A stretch of DNA of 56,042 nt from Actinomycetota bacterium (GTDB lineage Bacteria; Actinomycetota; Acidimicrobiia; IMCC26256; VFJJ01). The stretch is taken from assembly GCA_009886115.1 (NCBI GenBank), contig VFJJ01000063.1, forward strand, positions 1 through 56,042, given 5' to 3'. Position 1 is the stretch's first letter. The number at the start of each line of letters is the position of its first letter. This document shows, in pieces, positions 1-9,055 of this stretch. The notes under the pieces are model-generated. The model ran no database searches. It worked only from the letters and a program-made list of their open reading frames with translations, and was not told the origin of the DNA. Both the position numbers and the translations under genes were made by a program.

Positions 1-642
1 CCCCCTCCGCCGGGCCCTCCCCCTCCGCCGGGATCTCCGCCTCCGCCGGGATCTCCGCCTCCGCCGGGATCTCCGCCTCCGCCGGGCCCTCCGCCTCCGC
101 CCGGCTCGCAGAACGACGACCGAACCTCGACCACGAGCCGGGGAGCCGGGAGTGGGGTGACGCCGTCCACCGATCGCAGCACGGGTGCGGTGACTCCCGC
201 GTCCGGATCGAGCGGCGGCCCCCGATCGACGACGGTGAGCACTCGGGCGGGATCCCCGGGATCGTCCGGCGCCGGCTCCGGCAGCGGTGACGATGCCGTC
301 GCGGGTGACGTGAACCAGGGATCCGACGCCGCGCCCCTCGACGGTGGCGTCGTGGGGGGAAGTGGCGAGGATGTCTTCGGCAGCGGCAACGGGAGCGACG
401 TCTTCGGAGGCGGTGGGCTCGACGTGGGACAGCCACAGTCCGTCGGGGTTCGCTTCCTGTTCGACGCCGACGGGCGGCTCCGCCAGCTCGACCCCGGCGC
501 CGACAACCTCGACGGCGAGCCCGTGCTCTTCGCACGTGACCTGCCCTCGACCGTTCGGCTGTACGTGCTCGTGGGCGTCGCCGCGTTCGTGATCCTCGTT
601 CCCCCGTTCGTCGCGGCGCAACGCCGACGACGCCGATCGTGA
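1..642 (+). CDS. 5'-truncated Pro/Gly/Ser-rich surface protein with C-terminal membrane anchor
   Basis: Frame is open from base 1 (PPPPGS repeats) into the 157..642 ORF. It ends LPSTV + hydrophobic helix + RRRRRS, and the stop overlaps the next GTG (GTGA). Confidence 0.8.
   Translation, partial: PPPPGPPPPPGSPPPPGSPPPPGSPPPPGPPPPPGSQNDDRTSTTSRGAGSGVTPSTDRSTGAVTPASGSSGGPRSTTVSTRAGSPGSSGAGSGSGDDAVAGDVNQGSDAAPLDGGVVGGSGEDVFGSGNGSDVFGGGGLDVGQPQSVGVRFLFDADGRLRQLDPGADNLDGEPVLFARDLPSTVRLYVLVGVAAFVILVPPFVAAQRRRRRS
4..105 (+). repeat. 18-bp coding tandem repeat (CCGCCTCCGCCGGGATCT, PPPPGS/PPPPGP), about 5-6 copies
   Basis: Directly visible at the start of the window. Confidence 0.9.
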
Positions 643-2990
643 GGAGCACCGACATGACCGCTTCCCCCCATTCCCTTGCGAGCGGGACGCTCCTCGGGCG
701 CCGGCTGTTCCGGGTGGCCGGGCTGACGTGGCTCTTGGCATCGGTGTTGGCGACCTTGGTCGCGGTGGTCGTTCCGTCGGGTGGTGGTGTGGCGCATGCG
801 CAGGTGGGCCGGCAGGTGTCGTTGTCGCAGTCGACCTTGTTGGCTGATGATCAGGTGGTCACGGTGTCGTGGTCGGGGTTCACGCCGGGTGCGCCGGTGT
901 GGTTGCACGAGTGCGGGCCGGGGAGCCCGCCGGCGCCTCCGGCTGCGCTGGTTCCGCCGGCGTCGTGGACGAGTTGTGCGCCGCGGAGCCGGGTGTCGGG
1001 GGTGTCGGACGGCTCGGGTGCGGGAAGCGCGCAGTTCAAGGTCGATCGGAACGTCCCGGCGGTGTCGGGGAGCGCGACGACGGGGTTGACGTGCGGGCCG
1101 CTCGTGGCGGCGTCGAGTCCGTGTTGGTTGGCGGTGAGCGAGTGCGAGTTCGACGTGTTCGCGGGGCGGACGGTGGTGACCCGTCTGAACTTCGCTGCGG
1201 TGACGCCGTTGCCGAACACGACGACGACGACGACGGCGCCGCCGGCGACGACGACCACGACGCGTCCGTTGTTGGGGACGCCGAACCTGTCTGCGTCGGG
1301 TGGTGGTTCGGCGGGGCATGCGATCGGGGTGTGGGAGGTGGGTGCGGCGGGTCGTGGTGTGGTGCTCGATTACACGCGGTTGAACTCGCCGACGGGTCTG
1401 GACCGGTTCGTGTCGGGGAGCGTGAACGCGCAGATCGCGTTCAGCCGGATGGGGTTGTCGGGTCCGCAGTTGCAGGCGGTGCGTGACGCGGGTCGGGATG
1501 CGACGCATGTGCCGTTGGTGGCGGGGGCGACGGTGTTCGCGTTCTCTGGGAACTACTACGGGATCCCGATCACGAGGTTTCGTCTTTCGCCCGAGACGGT
1601 GTCGGGGATCTACCAGGGAGCTGTCCGTGACCTGAGCCACTCGTTGGTGACCGCCGATCACGGTGGCTGCCGTTTTCCCGCCGACCCGAAGACTGGTCGT
1701 GACTACCTGTTGTATCCGGGGGTGCGGACCGACTTGGCTGCGCAGTCGTTGCAGGTGAGCGAGTGGCTCGTTGCGACGGCGCCGAGTTGGACCGACGGGG
1801 CGTCGACGAACTTCCCGTTGGGGTCGAACGTGACGAACTTCTCGCGGAGTGCATCGGAGGAGCTGGCCAGGAAGATCGCCGATCCGTTGGCTGATGCGCT
1901 GGTCCCGTTCGACAGCTTGAAGGTGGCCTACGTCGATCTGTCGGATGCGCTCGAGTTCGGCTTGAACGTCGCCGAGATCGTCAATGCTGACGGTGACGTG
2001 GTGGGTCCGACACCGGCGGCGGTCGCGGCGTCGTTGGCGGCGTCGACGACGAACGCGGATGGTTCGATCGCGTTCGATCCGGCGGAGCCGGTCGACGGGG
2101 CGTATCCGTTGGTGAACTTCACGTATGCGGTGGTGCCGACGGTGGCGACGAGCGCGTTCACCGCAGCCCAGGGTGACCTGGCCCGGACCCTGCTCGACCA
2201 TGTGCTCGACCAGAACGGCGCCGACGTCGCCGATCTCGGGTTCTTCCCGTTGTCGGCCGCCCTCGCTGCCGGCGCGCGGACCCAGGCCAACCTGGTCCCC
2301 AGCGCCACCGGACCCACCACCACAACCACCACCACGACCACCACCACGACCACCACGACCAGCAGCTCGTCGACGTCGTCGACGTCGTCGACGACGAGCA
2401 CCACAAGAGCGTCGACGTCGTCATCGTCGAGCATCACGTCGACCACCAACGACCTCGGCGACAACGACCCCGACGGCGAGACCATCGTGGTCGACGACGA
2501 CGGGTTGGGAGATCCGCTCGGCGACGACGACCCGTTCGGCAGCTCCGGTGGCGGGAGCGGCGACTTCGACAGCGACTTCGGGAGCGGCTCCGGGAGCAGC
2601 TCCGGCAACGGATCGTTCGACACCGGAGAGCTCGGCGAGACGGGCGACACCAGCCTCGAAGGCTCCGGCGACGGTGGCGTGACCCCGGACGATCCTTCGG
2701 GCGATGCCGACGACGGCGGATCGGACGAGTCCGCAGGCGGTGTCGAGATCACCGATTCGGGTGACGAGGCCAACGACGTCCCCACGCTGCTCGCACCCAT
2801 CGCGTACGTCGCCGGGGGGAGCACCCCGGGGGTTCTGCTGCTCCTGCTGCTCGGTGCGGCGCTCCTGGCGGTCGGCGTGGTCACCCGGTTCGATGCCACG
2901 CGGTGGCGAGCGCTCCTCAGCGATGTCGGGCGGTTCGCGGGTGACATCAAGCGCAGCGCCCGGTCGAGCTTCCGACGGCCGGGGAGCTGA
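639..2990 (+). CDS. Membrane-anchored neocarzinostatin-like domain + PstS-like (PBP) domain protein
   Basis: Signal peptide ending VAHA-Q. NCS-like domain (LADDQVVTVSWSGF..ECG..SC..DGSGAGSAQFKV..TCG..PCWL). PstS-like fold (HVPLVAGATVFAF, LSPETVSGIYQG, IVNADGDVVGPT, GAYPLVNFTYAVVPT). Thr/Ser and Asp/Gly linkers, then a C-terminal TM and basic tail. Confidence 0.75.
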   Translation: MRSTDMTASPHSLASGTLLGRRLFRVAGLTWLLASVLATLVAVVVPSGGGVAHAQVGRQVSLSQSTLLADDQVVTVSWSGFTPGAPVWLHECGPGSPPAPPAALVPPASWTSCAPRSRVSGVSDGSGAGSAQFKVDRNVPAVSGSATTGLTCGPLVAASSPCWLAVSECEFDVFAGRTVVTRLNFAAVTPLPNTTTTTTAPPATTTTTRPLLGTPNLSASGGGSAGHAIGVWEVGAAGRGVVLDYTRLNSPTGLDRFVSGSVNAQIAFSRMGLSGPQLQAVRDAGRDATHVPLVAGATVFAFSGNYYGIPITRFRLSPETVSGIYQGAVRDLSHSLVTADHGGCRFPADPKTGRDYLLYPGVRTDLAAQSLQVSEWLVATAPSWTDGASTNFPLGSNVTNFSRSASEELARKIADPLADALVPFDSLKVAYVDLSDALEFGLNVAEIVNADGDVVGPTPAAVAASLAASTTNADGSIAFDPAEPVDGAYPLVNFTYAVVPTVATSAFTAAQGDLARTLLDHVLDQNGADVADLGFFPLSAALAAGARTQANLVPSATGPTTTTTTTTTTTTTTTSSSSTSSTSSTTSTTRASTSSSSSITSTTNDLGDNDPDGETIVVDDDGLGDPLGDDDPFGSSGGGSGDFDSDFGSGSGSSSGNGSFDTGELGETGDTSLEGSGDGGVTPDDPSGDADDGGSDESAGGVEITDSGDEANDVPTLLAPIAYVAGGSTPGVLLLLLLGAALLAVGVVTRFDATRWRALLSDVGRFAGDIKRSARSSFRRPGS

Positions 2991-2995
2991 CGCCG

Positions 2996-4663
2996 ATGTC
3001 GACCGCGCGTCCTTCCGCTCTCGGGCCGACCCACCAGCGCGACGTGGTCACCACGACCACCGACCTGGTCCAGGTCGTCCGCGACGGTGTCGCCTCACTC
3101 GAAACCGAGGCTCGACGGGTCGGACCCGTGACCGAGGGCGAATCGTCGGACGAACCGGAGTTCATGCTCTTGCTGAAGGGTGTCAGCACGCTCCTCGAAC
3201 GGGTCCCGGCGTTCGCGCTCGACGAGCGCGAACGAGCGCTGATCGGAGCCCGGATCGACGATCTGGCGCGCTGGCATGCCGGTCGGGGTCGGTCGCGCAC
3301 CCCGGACAGCTCGATCGCCGCTGCCGGGCTCGAGCCCGTCACACCCGCCGCTCCTGCGCCACCCTCGCCGAGCACTCCGGTGCTGGAACTACCCGAGGCA
3401 GGTCCGGTGCTGGAACAGCAGCCGGCAGATCCGGTGTCGGAGGAGCAGCCGGCAGGTCGGGTGCTGGCGCAGCCCGCGCCAGGTCCGGTGCTGGAGGAGC
3501 AGCCGGCACAGGCACTGCCGCAGCTGCCTGCCCCGGTCGTTCCCGAGGATCCGGTCCTCGAGCACGGGGCGGGCGAACCCCGTGCGGTCTCCGATCCTCG
3601 GGGGCCTTCGCCGCTGCGGCGCCGGATCAGCCAGTTGATGACCGTCACCGGCGTGGTGATCGTGCTGTTCGTCGGCTACCTGCTTGTCGGCAGCGACGTC
3701 AGCCATCAGCGCGACCAGCGCGTCCTCGAGGACCGTCTCCAGCACCATCTCGTGCGGGCCAGCCAACTCGCGGCGCCCGTCGAGATCTTCTTCGAGACCG
3801 ATCCGGCCACGGGCGATCCTCAGATGCCCGAGCTGATCGGCCAACCCCTCGATGTCGCCGTTGCGGCACTCGAAGGACTCGAGTTGACCGTCCAGGTCCG
3901 GGCCACCAAGGACCCCGACGTTCCCGCGGGACGGGTCGTGGGGACCGACATCGAGACCGGCGCAGCGGTGCGCTCGGGAGCCGATGTCGTCGTCGAGGTG
4001 TCGAGTGGTCCGCCGGTCGGCTCGCCGATCGCCATGCTCGAGATCGACGCGGTCGGGGTGGAGGAGGTCGTCGTCGAGGCCACCGGCGCCAGTGAGCTCA
4101 AGGATGGGCCGGGCCACTACCGCGCCAGCTCGATGCCGGGCCACGTCGGCAACGTCGTGATCGCCGGTCGCCGGAGCACCTACGGTGGCCCGTTCTCGCG
4201 AATCGGTGAGCTCGATGCGGGTGACGAGATTCGTGTGACCACGGTGGACGGGGCGTTCACGTACGTCGTCGAGGCGACGGAGGTCGTCGAACGGGGCGAT
4301 CCCGACGTGATCGGCCCGACCGATGACGATCGCCTCACGCTCGTGACCGGCCACCCCCGGTTGCGAGCGGCCGAGCGTCTCGTCGTGACCGCGATCCTCG
4401 ACGGCGAGGCCCTGCCCGAGCCGTTGGGGATCGACCCGCCGACCGACGTCGAGCAGACCGAGACCGGGCTCTTCAGCGACGTCAGGGCGTGGGGCCCGAC
4501 GCTGTTCTGGGGGCAGCTCGTCCTCGGGGCCTACCTGGGGTTGCGGCTCATGGCACGACGGTGGCGTCGGTGGTCGACCTGGTTGGTGAGCACCCCGGTG
4601 CTGCTCGTCCTGGTGCTCGTCTGGTTCGAGAGCATCCACCGCCTGTTCCCGTCGACCCTGTGA
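2996..4663 (+). CDS. Sortase-fold protein (class E-like) with inserted PASTA domain; catalytic His and Cys substituted
   Basis: PIAMLEID..VEEVVVE..LKDGPGHY..MPG.VGNVVIAGRRSTYGGPF..L.AGDEIRVTT..FTYVV..RLTLVTGHP..ERLVVTA. PASTA motif MPELIGQPLDVAVAALEGLEL..VVVEVSSGP. One TM before and two TMs after the domain. Confidence 0.85.
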   Translation: MSTARPSALGPTHQRDVVTTTTDLVQVVRDGVASLETEARRVGPVTEGESSDEPEFMLLLKGVSTLLERVPAFALDERERALIGARIDDLARWHAGRGRSRTPDSSIAAAGLEPVTPAAPAPPSPSTPVLELPEAGPVLEQQPADPVSEEQPAGRVLAQPAPGPVLEEQPAQALPQLPAPVVPEDPVLEHGAGEPRAVSDPRGPSPLRRRISQLMTVTGVVIVLFVGYLLVGSDVSHQRDQRVLEDRLQHHLVRASQLAAPVEIFFETDPATGDPQMPELIGQPLDVAVAALEGLELTVQVRATKDPDVPAGRVVGTDIETGAAVRSGADVVVEVSSGPPVGSPIAMLEIDAVGVEEVVVEATGASELKDGPGHYRASSMPGHVGNVVIAGRRSTYGGPFSRIGELDAGDEIRVTTVDGAFTYVVEATEVVERGDPDVIGPTDDDRLTLVTGHPRLRAAERLVVTAILDGEALPEPLGIDPPTDVEQTETGLFSDVRAWGPTLFWGQLVLGAYLGLRLMARRWRRWSTWLVSTPVLLVLVLVWFESIHRLFPSTL

Positions 4664-4724
4664 GAGACACCGCTGTGCCGCCCATCAGCCCGGTCGCCAC
4701 GGACGGCGAAGCCCAGCCACGAGA

Positions 4725-5693
4725 GTGCCGATGCCCTCGAATCGACTGACGCCGTTCATCGCAGCAGCTGTGCTCGTTGCCATCGTGATGGTGTCACCAG
4801 GAGCCGACGCGTCCGACGCATCCGATACCGCCGGCCCAGCGGGAGGGTCATCGACCGTCGAGTTGCCAGTGGACCTCTCGCCGGAGGTCGGCGCCGCGGC
4901 GATCGGCGCCATGAGCGTTGGCGCGGCCGCGGTCGTTCCCCAATCGCCGGTGGTGGGGATTGCGGCGACGCCGTCGGGCCTGGGGTATTGGTTGGTGGGG
5001 GCTGATGGTGGGATCTTCGCGTTCGGCGACGCCGCGTTCCTCGGTTCGATGGGCGGAGCCGCACTCCAGCGCGAGATCGTGGGGGTGGCTGCGACGCCTT
5101 CGGGTCGGGGGTATTGGTTGGTGGGGGCTGATGGTGGGATCTTCGCCTTCGGCGACGCCCACTTCGCCGGATCGACGGGGAGCTTCCGGCTCAACCGTCG
5201 GATCGTGGCGATTGCTGCGACGCCTTCGGGTCGGGGGTATTGGTTGGTGGCGGCTGATGGTGGGATCTTCGCGTTCGGTGACGCCCACTTCGCCGGATCG
5301 ACCGGAGGCATCGCCCTGAACCGGGCGATCGTGGGGATGGCTGCGACGCCTTCGGGTCGGGGGTATTGGTTGGTGGCGGCTGATGGTGGGATCTTCGCGT
5401 TCGGTGACGCGACGTTCCACGGATCGCCGGCCACCACCCCGGCCAGCCAGAACATCGTTGCGATGATCGCCGATCTCGACGGGGCCGGGTATCTCCTCGT
5501 CGGGGGAGCCGGAGCCATCTTCCCGTTCGGAGCGGCCCGGGCCCGAGGCGGTGCGGTGACGCTCGACCTCGTCGGGGCGGTGGTCGGGATCGTCCGCTCG
5601 GGGTCGGGCAGCGCCTATTGGCTCGGTGCGGCTGACGGTGGCGTCTTCTCGTACGGAAGTGCTCCCTTTCTGGGCTCGCTCTACACCAAGTGA
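4725..5693 (+). CDS. Secreted GYWLVAADGGIFAFGDA-repeat (beta-propeller-like) protein
   Basis: Signal peptide, then four near-identical and two degenerate repeats of about 40 aa. Confidence 0.85.
   Translation: MPMPSNRLTPFIAAAVLVAIVMVSPGADASDASDTAGPAGGSSTVELPVDLSPEVGAAAIGAMSVGAAAVVPQSPVVGIAATPSGLGYWLVGADGGIFAFGDAAFLGSMGGAALQREIVGVAATPSGRGYWLVGADGGIFAFGDAHFAGSTGSFRLNRRIVAIAATPSGRGYWLVAADGGIFAFGDAHFAGSTGGIALNRAIVGMAATPSGRGYWLVAADGGIFAFGDATFHGSPATTPASQNIVAMIADLDGAGYLLVGGAGAIFPFGAARARGGAVTLDLVGAVVGIVRSGSGSAYWLGAADGGVFSYGSAPFLGSLYTK
4950..5425 (+). repeat. 120-bp coding tandem repeat x4 (GCGACGCC..GGGTATTGGTTGGTG..GATGGTGGGATCTTCGC)
   Basis: Near-identical units visible at about 120-bp spacing. 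Confidence 0.9.
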
Positions 5694-5781
5694 CCCTCAG
5701 ACACGCGCGTCCGAAGGTAGTCACTGTACGTCGTAACGTCGCCACAGAACAATAGAAATATCAGCCGCAACGTATGGCGAA

Positions 5782-5814
5782 GTTCACCCCAAGTTGTCGT
5801 AGGTGTCATGGCCG
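5782..5814 (+). promoter_or_regulatory. Putative PHO-box-like 11-bp direct repeats upstream of the pstS-like gene
   Basis: GTTCACCCCAA / GTTGTCGTAGG / TGTCATGGCCG in 11-bp register; resembles the Streptomyces PhoP repeat unit G(G/T)TCAYYY. Confidence 0.4.
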
Positions 5815-5872
5815 TCCCTTAGAACTGGTGGTGCGGAGATTCCGCAACATCCACCGATTTGGGGAGGGTACT

Positions 5873-7153
5873 TTGAAGCGAAGCAGGAAAGTCCTGATGC
5901 TCATGAGCCTGGGAGCGATTGCAGCTACTGCGATCATTCCCAGTGCTGGGGCGCTCCCGCCGCCCGGCAGTCCCGGATTGAACCCCGGCCTGAACGACGT
6001 CGTCGACAAGATCCAGGGTTACGGCTCCGACACCACCTACCCGCTGATGCAGCAGCTCGACGCGGCGTTCAACGGATCGCTGGGCTGCAACCAGGCTGCT
6101 CCGACGTCACCGTACGCCGGCGAGATCCAGAACACCTGTCTCCCGTTCGCGGCGCAGCCCCCGGGCGTGGTCCTGAACGAGAACTGGGACCACGACGCGG
6201 CGATCAGCTACTTCCCGCAAGGCTCGTCGGCTGGTCGCCGTCAGCTCTGCGAGCAGGACGTACCTCGGCCCGGCGGCATCGCGATCACCGACTACGCCCG
6301 TTCGTCGAGCGCCCCGAGCACGACGCCGACGTGTGGCGGCGCAGCCGGCCCGCACACGTTCCGCTTCGTGGCCTTCGCCCGTGACGCTCTCACCTGGGTG
6401 AAGTTCAACACGGTGGGTGGCGGCAGCACCCCTGTGACCAACCTCACGACGGTGCAGCTCAACGAGATCTTCGTGAACTGCGACCTCGAGGTCGGCGATG
6501 CCTTCCCCACGACATACTGGGACGAGGGAACCATCGGCGGCGCGAACCACAACCCGATCCGGGTGTGGAGCGTCCAGAGCGCCTCAGGCACCAGGGCCAC
6601 CTGGGACGGGTTCGTCGGCGGCAACAGCACGCTGTGCATCCCGGCCATCTACAAGGACGGGCTCCCGGCCAACGGCGAGCGCGTGATCCAGGAGCACAAC
6701 GCGGCACCGGTCGTCAGTGCCGTCAACGACGCTGACGCAGCCGACGAGGGCAACTCGATCTTCTACTACGGGTTCGGTCGCTACCAGGTGACCGGTGGAG
6801 AAGGCTCGATCCTCGGAAGCGTCAACGGCATCGCCCCGACCGAAGCCACCATCCAGAACGCGACCTTCCCCTTCGGTCGCTTCGTCTACAACGTGTACCG
6901 CCAGGCCGGCACCGGTCCGACGCTCGCTCCGTACGCGAACGGCTACATCGGATCGTCGGGTTGGATCTGCAAGCCTCCGGGCCAGCACGCCGAGCCCCCG
7001 GGCACGCCCGGCGTCGGCATCGAGGTCGGTGCTGCGCCGGTCGACTACGGCCAGCTGGTCCACGATGTCATCCGCTCGCAGGGCTTCATCCCCCTGCGGA
7101 CCGACATCCAGAACGTGAACCGTTGCGACTTCACCGACGTCGTGTACCCCTGA
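5873..7153 (+). CDS. Secreted PstS-like phosphate-binding (PBP) protein
   Basis: GGGGAGG RBS before TTG 5873; signal peptide; GSDTT, GSSAGR, ARSSS, FARDAL, SGTRATW and FPFGRFVYNV motifs; several Cys. Confidence 0.8.
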   Translation: MKRSRKVLMLMSLGAIAATAIIPSAGALPPPGSPGLNPGLNDVVDKIQGYGSDTTYPLMQQLDAAFNGSLGCNQAAPTSPYAGEIQNTCLPFAAQPPGVVLNENWDHDAAISYFPQGSSAGRRQLCEQDVPRPGGIAITDYARSSSAPSTTPTCGGAAGPHTFRFVAFARDALTWVKFNTVGGGSTPVTNLTTVQLNEIFVNCDLEVGDAFPTTYWDEGTIGGANHNPIRVWSVQSASGTRATWDGFVGGNSTLCIPAIYKDGLPANGERVIQEHNAAPVVSAVNDADAADEGNSIFYYGFGRYQVTGGEGSILGSVNGIAPTEATIQNATFPFGRFVYNVYRQAGTGPTLAPYANGYIGSSGWICKPPGQHAEPPGTPGVGIEVGAAPVDYGQLVHDVIRSQGFIPLRTDIQNVNRCDFTDVVYP

Positions 7154-7226
7154 TCTGAGCTCGCCCACAGTCAGATCAAGCACCGGTCCGCACCGGTGAC
7201 AAGTATTGCGTAACTCATCGATTGCA

Positions 7227-7262
7227 GCAGCCGGGGTTCGGCACATGCCGAGCCCCGGTTGC
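7227..7262 (+). terminator. Strong stem-loop after the pstS-like gene
   Basis: GCAGCCGGGGTTCGGC-ACAT-GCCGAGCCCCGGTTGC. Confidence 0.65.
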
Positions 7263-7339
7263 CGCGCGTTGACACCAAAGACTGTTCACGTAGATCGCCA
7301 GTCAGCGGGTAGAGGAGGTGAGCAAGCGAGCTCCGACTG

Positions 7340-9055
7340 ATGTATACCGAGAGTTCGCATCAACGTCGTCTTCTGGCAAATCTCTCATTCCTTCGAGCGG
7401 TCAAACTCAACTCCGTGGACGCCACGGCACAGCACCCTCGTTCGTTTCCCGTATCCGAGCGTCATCTGGATGATGCTCCTTCGAGCGGCTCGGGCGGTCA
7501 CCGGCGCAGAACGCTGGACGCTCGGCTCGTCGGTCGGAACCTGACCCGGCTCGCGCTCGACATCGTCGGCGCCTCCGTCGGCGCTCTCGTCGCACGTGAT
7601 GCGGTGGGATCGGCGGTGTCGGTGGCCGAGCCCGAGCCGTGGTGGATCGCCGCCGCCGTGGTCCTGTTCGTCGGCGCCCGGTTCGCGACCGGCGCGTATC
7701 ACCGGGTGTGGACCGAGTCGCCGGGCGAGCTGATCGCCGTCTGGAAGGCCTGCGCCGCCGGGCTGGCCGCGGCCCTCGCCCTCGCCTTCGTCGCCGACTC
7801 CGACATGCCCGATCGCTGGGCGAGTGCGGCCGCCTTCACGACGGGCACCTTTGTGATGGCCCTGACGCTCCTCGAGCGCCGGACGGTGCGGTGGTTGCGC
7901 CTCCGGGGACGGATGCGCTGCCGGCTCCTGCTCGTCGGGGCGGGTGGCGACGTCGAACCGATGATCGAGATGCTGGCCGAGCATCCGGAGTGCGGCATCG
8001 ACGTCGTCGGCATCGCCGGACCCGGTGTGTCCGACCGGGCCGATCTGCTGGTGCCCTGGTTCTCGCCCCGAGCCGGTGCCGGAACCCGCCCGACGAACAG
8101 CGGGGCCGCCGACGCGCTCTCGGATGTGCCGGAGCTCGATGTCGACGGCATCTTGCTGCTGCCGGCGTCGGTGGGTGCCCCGACGGCGAACGCCTGTGCT
8201 CGAGCGGTGCGCCGCGTCGGCGGGGCGGTGCTCGTGGCCGGCCCGGTTCGGGGCGCGACCGCTTCATGCCTGCGACCGTCGACCGTGGCCCGCGAGCCGC
8301 TGTGGGACTATCGCGACGCCAGGCTCGGACCGGCGCAGCGCTTCGTCAAGCGCACCCTCGACCTGGGTCTGGGTCTCGTGCTCAGCCTCGTCGCCCTTCC
8401 CGTCATGGGGATCGTCTCGGTGGCGATCATGGTACGAGACGGTCGCCCGATCTTCTTCCGCCAGGTGAGGGTCGGGCGCGACGGCGAGCCGTTCACCATG
8501 TTCAAGTTCCGCACGATGGTGCCCGACGCCGAGCACCGGGTCATCGACCTCCGCTGCGCCAACGAGCGCACCGGACCCCTGTTCAAGCTCACCGACGACC
8601 CCCGGGTCACGCGTGTCGGGCGCTTTCTTCGGACCACCAGCCTCGATGAGCTCCCGCAGCTCATCAACGTGCTGGGCGGCGCGATGAGCCTGGTCGGGCC
8701 CCGTCCCGCCCTCCCGGCCGAGGTCGCCACCTTCGACGAGGCGCTGCTCGATCGGCACCGTGTGAAGCCCGGCATCACCGGGTTGTGGCAGGTCGAGTCA
8801 CGCGACTCCCCGTCGTTCGCCGCCTATCGCCGCCTCGACCTGCACTACGTCGAGAACTGGTCGGTGGGTCTCGACCTGGAGCTGATCGCTCGGACCATCG
8901 GGTCCGTGGCGACGCGAGGGCTCACGCTCGGGCGCGGGTCGAAGGTCGCTGAAGCGCCGCCGCCGTTCAGGGTCCTCGCTGAGGCTCCGGTACAGGTCAA
9001 CGACGGGTTCGTCGGGTTCACAACAGAGCGAGAGGAGCGCCCGTGCGCATCGTGA
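7340..9055 (+). CDS. Polyprenyl-phosphate sugar phosphotransferase (WcaJ/WbaP-like priming transferase); start uncertain
   Basis: Four N-terminal TMs; VKRTLDL, FFRQVRVGRDG.PFTMFKFRTM, DPRVTRVGRFLR.TSLDELPQLINVL.G.MSLVGPRP, VKPGITGLWQV, LDLHYVENWS. Confidence 0.92.
   Translation: MYTESSHQRRLLANLSFLRAVKLNSVDATAQHPRSFPVSERHLDDAPSSGSGGHRRRTLDARLVGRNLTRLALDIVGASVGALVARDAVGSAVSVAEPEPWWIAAAVVLFVGARFATGAYHRVWTESPGELIAVWKACAAGLAAALALAFVADSDMPDRWASAAAFTTGTFVMALTLLERRTVRWLRLRGRMRCRLLLVGAGGDVEPMIEMLAEHPECGIDVVGIAGPGVSDRADLLVPWFSPRAGAGTRPTNSGAADALSDVPELDVDGILLLPASVGAPTANACARAVRRVGGAVLVAGPVRGATASCLRPSTVAREPLWDYRDARLGPAQRFVKRTLDLGLGLVLSLVALPVMGIVSVAIMVRDGRPIFFRQVRVGRDGEPFTMFKFRTMVPDAEHRVIDLRCANERTGPLFKLTDDPRVTRVGRFLRTTSLDELPQLINVLGGAMSLVGPRPALPAEVATFDEALLDRHRVKPGITGLWQVESRDSPSFAAYRRLDLHYVENWSVGLDLELIARTIGSVATRGLTLGRGSKVAEAPPPFRVLAEAPVQVNDGFVGFTTEREERPCAS

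Noticed and set aside
639..1200. Enediyne antibiotic cluster suggested by the neocarzinostatin-like domain
   Set aside because: There are no PKS or enediyne genes; the domain sits in a surface protein as an Ig-like module.
4950..5425. CRISPR-like or DGR-like repeats
   Set aside because: The units are in-frame coding repeats of 120 bp; no cas genes or reverse transcriptase are present.
7269..7296. TTGACA sigma-70 promoter for the priming transferase
   Set aside because: The -35 is perfect, but there is no TANNNT at a 17-18 bp spacing.
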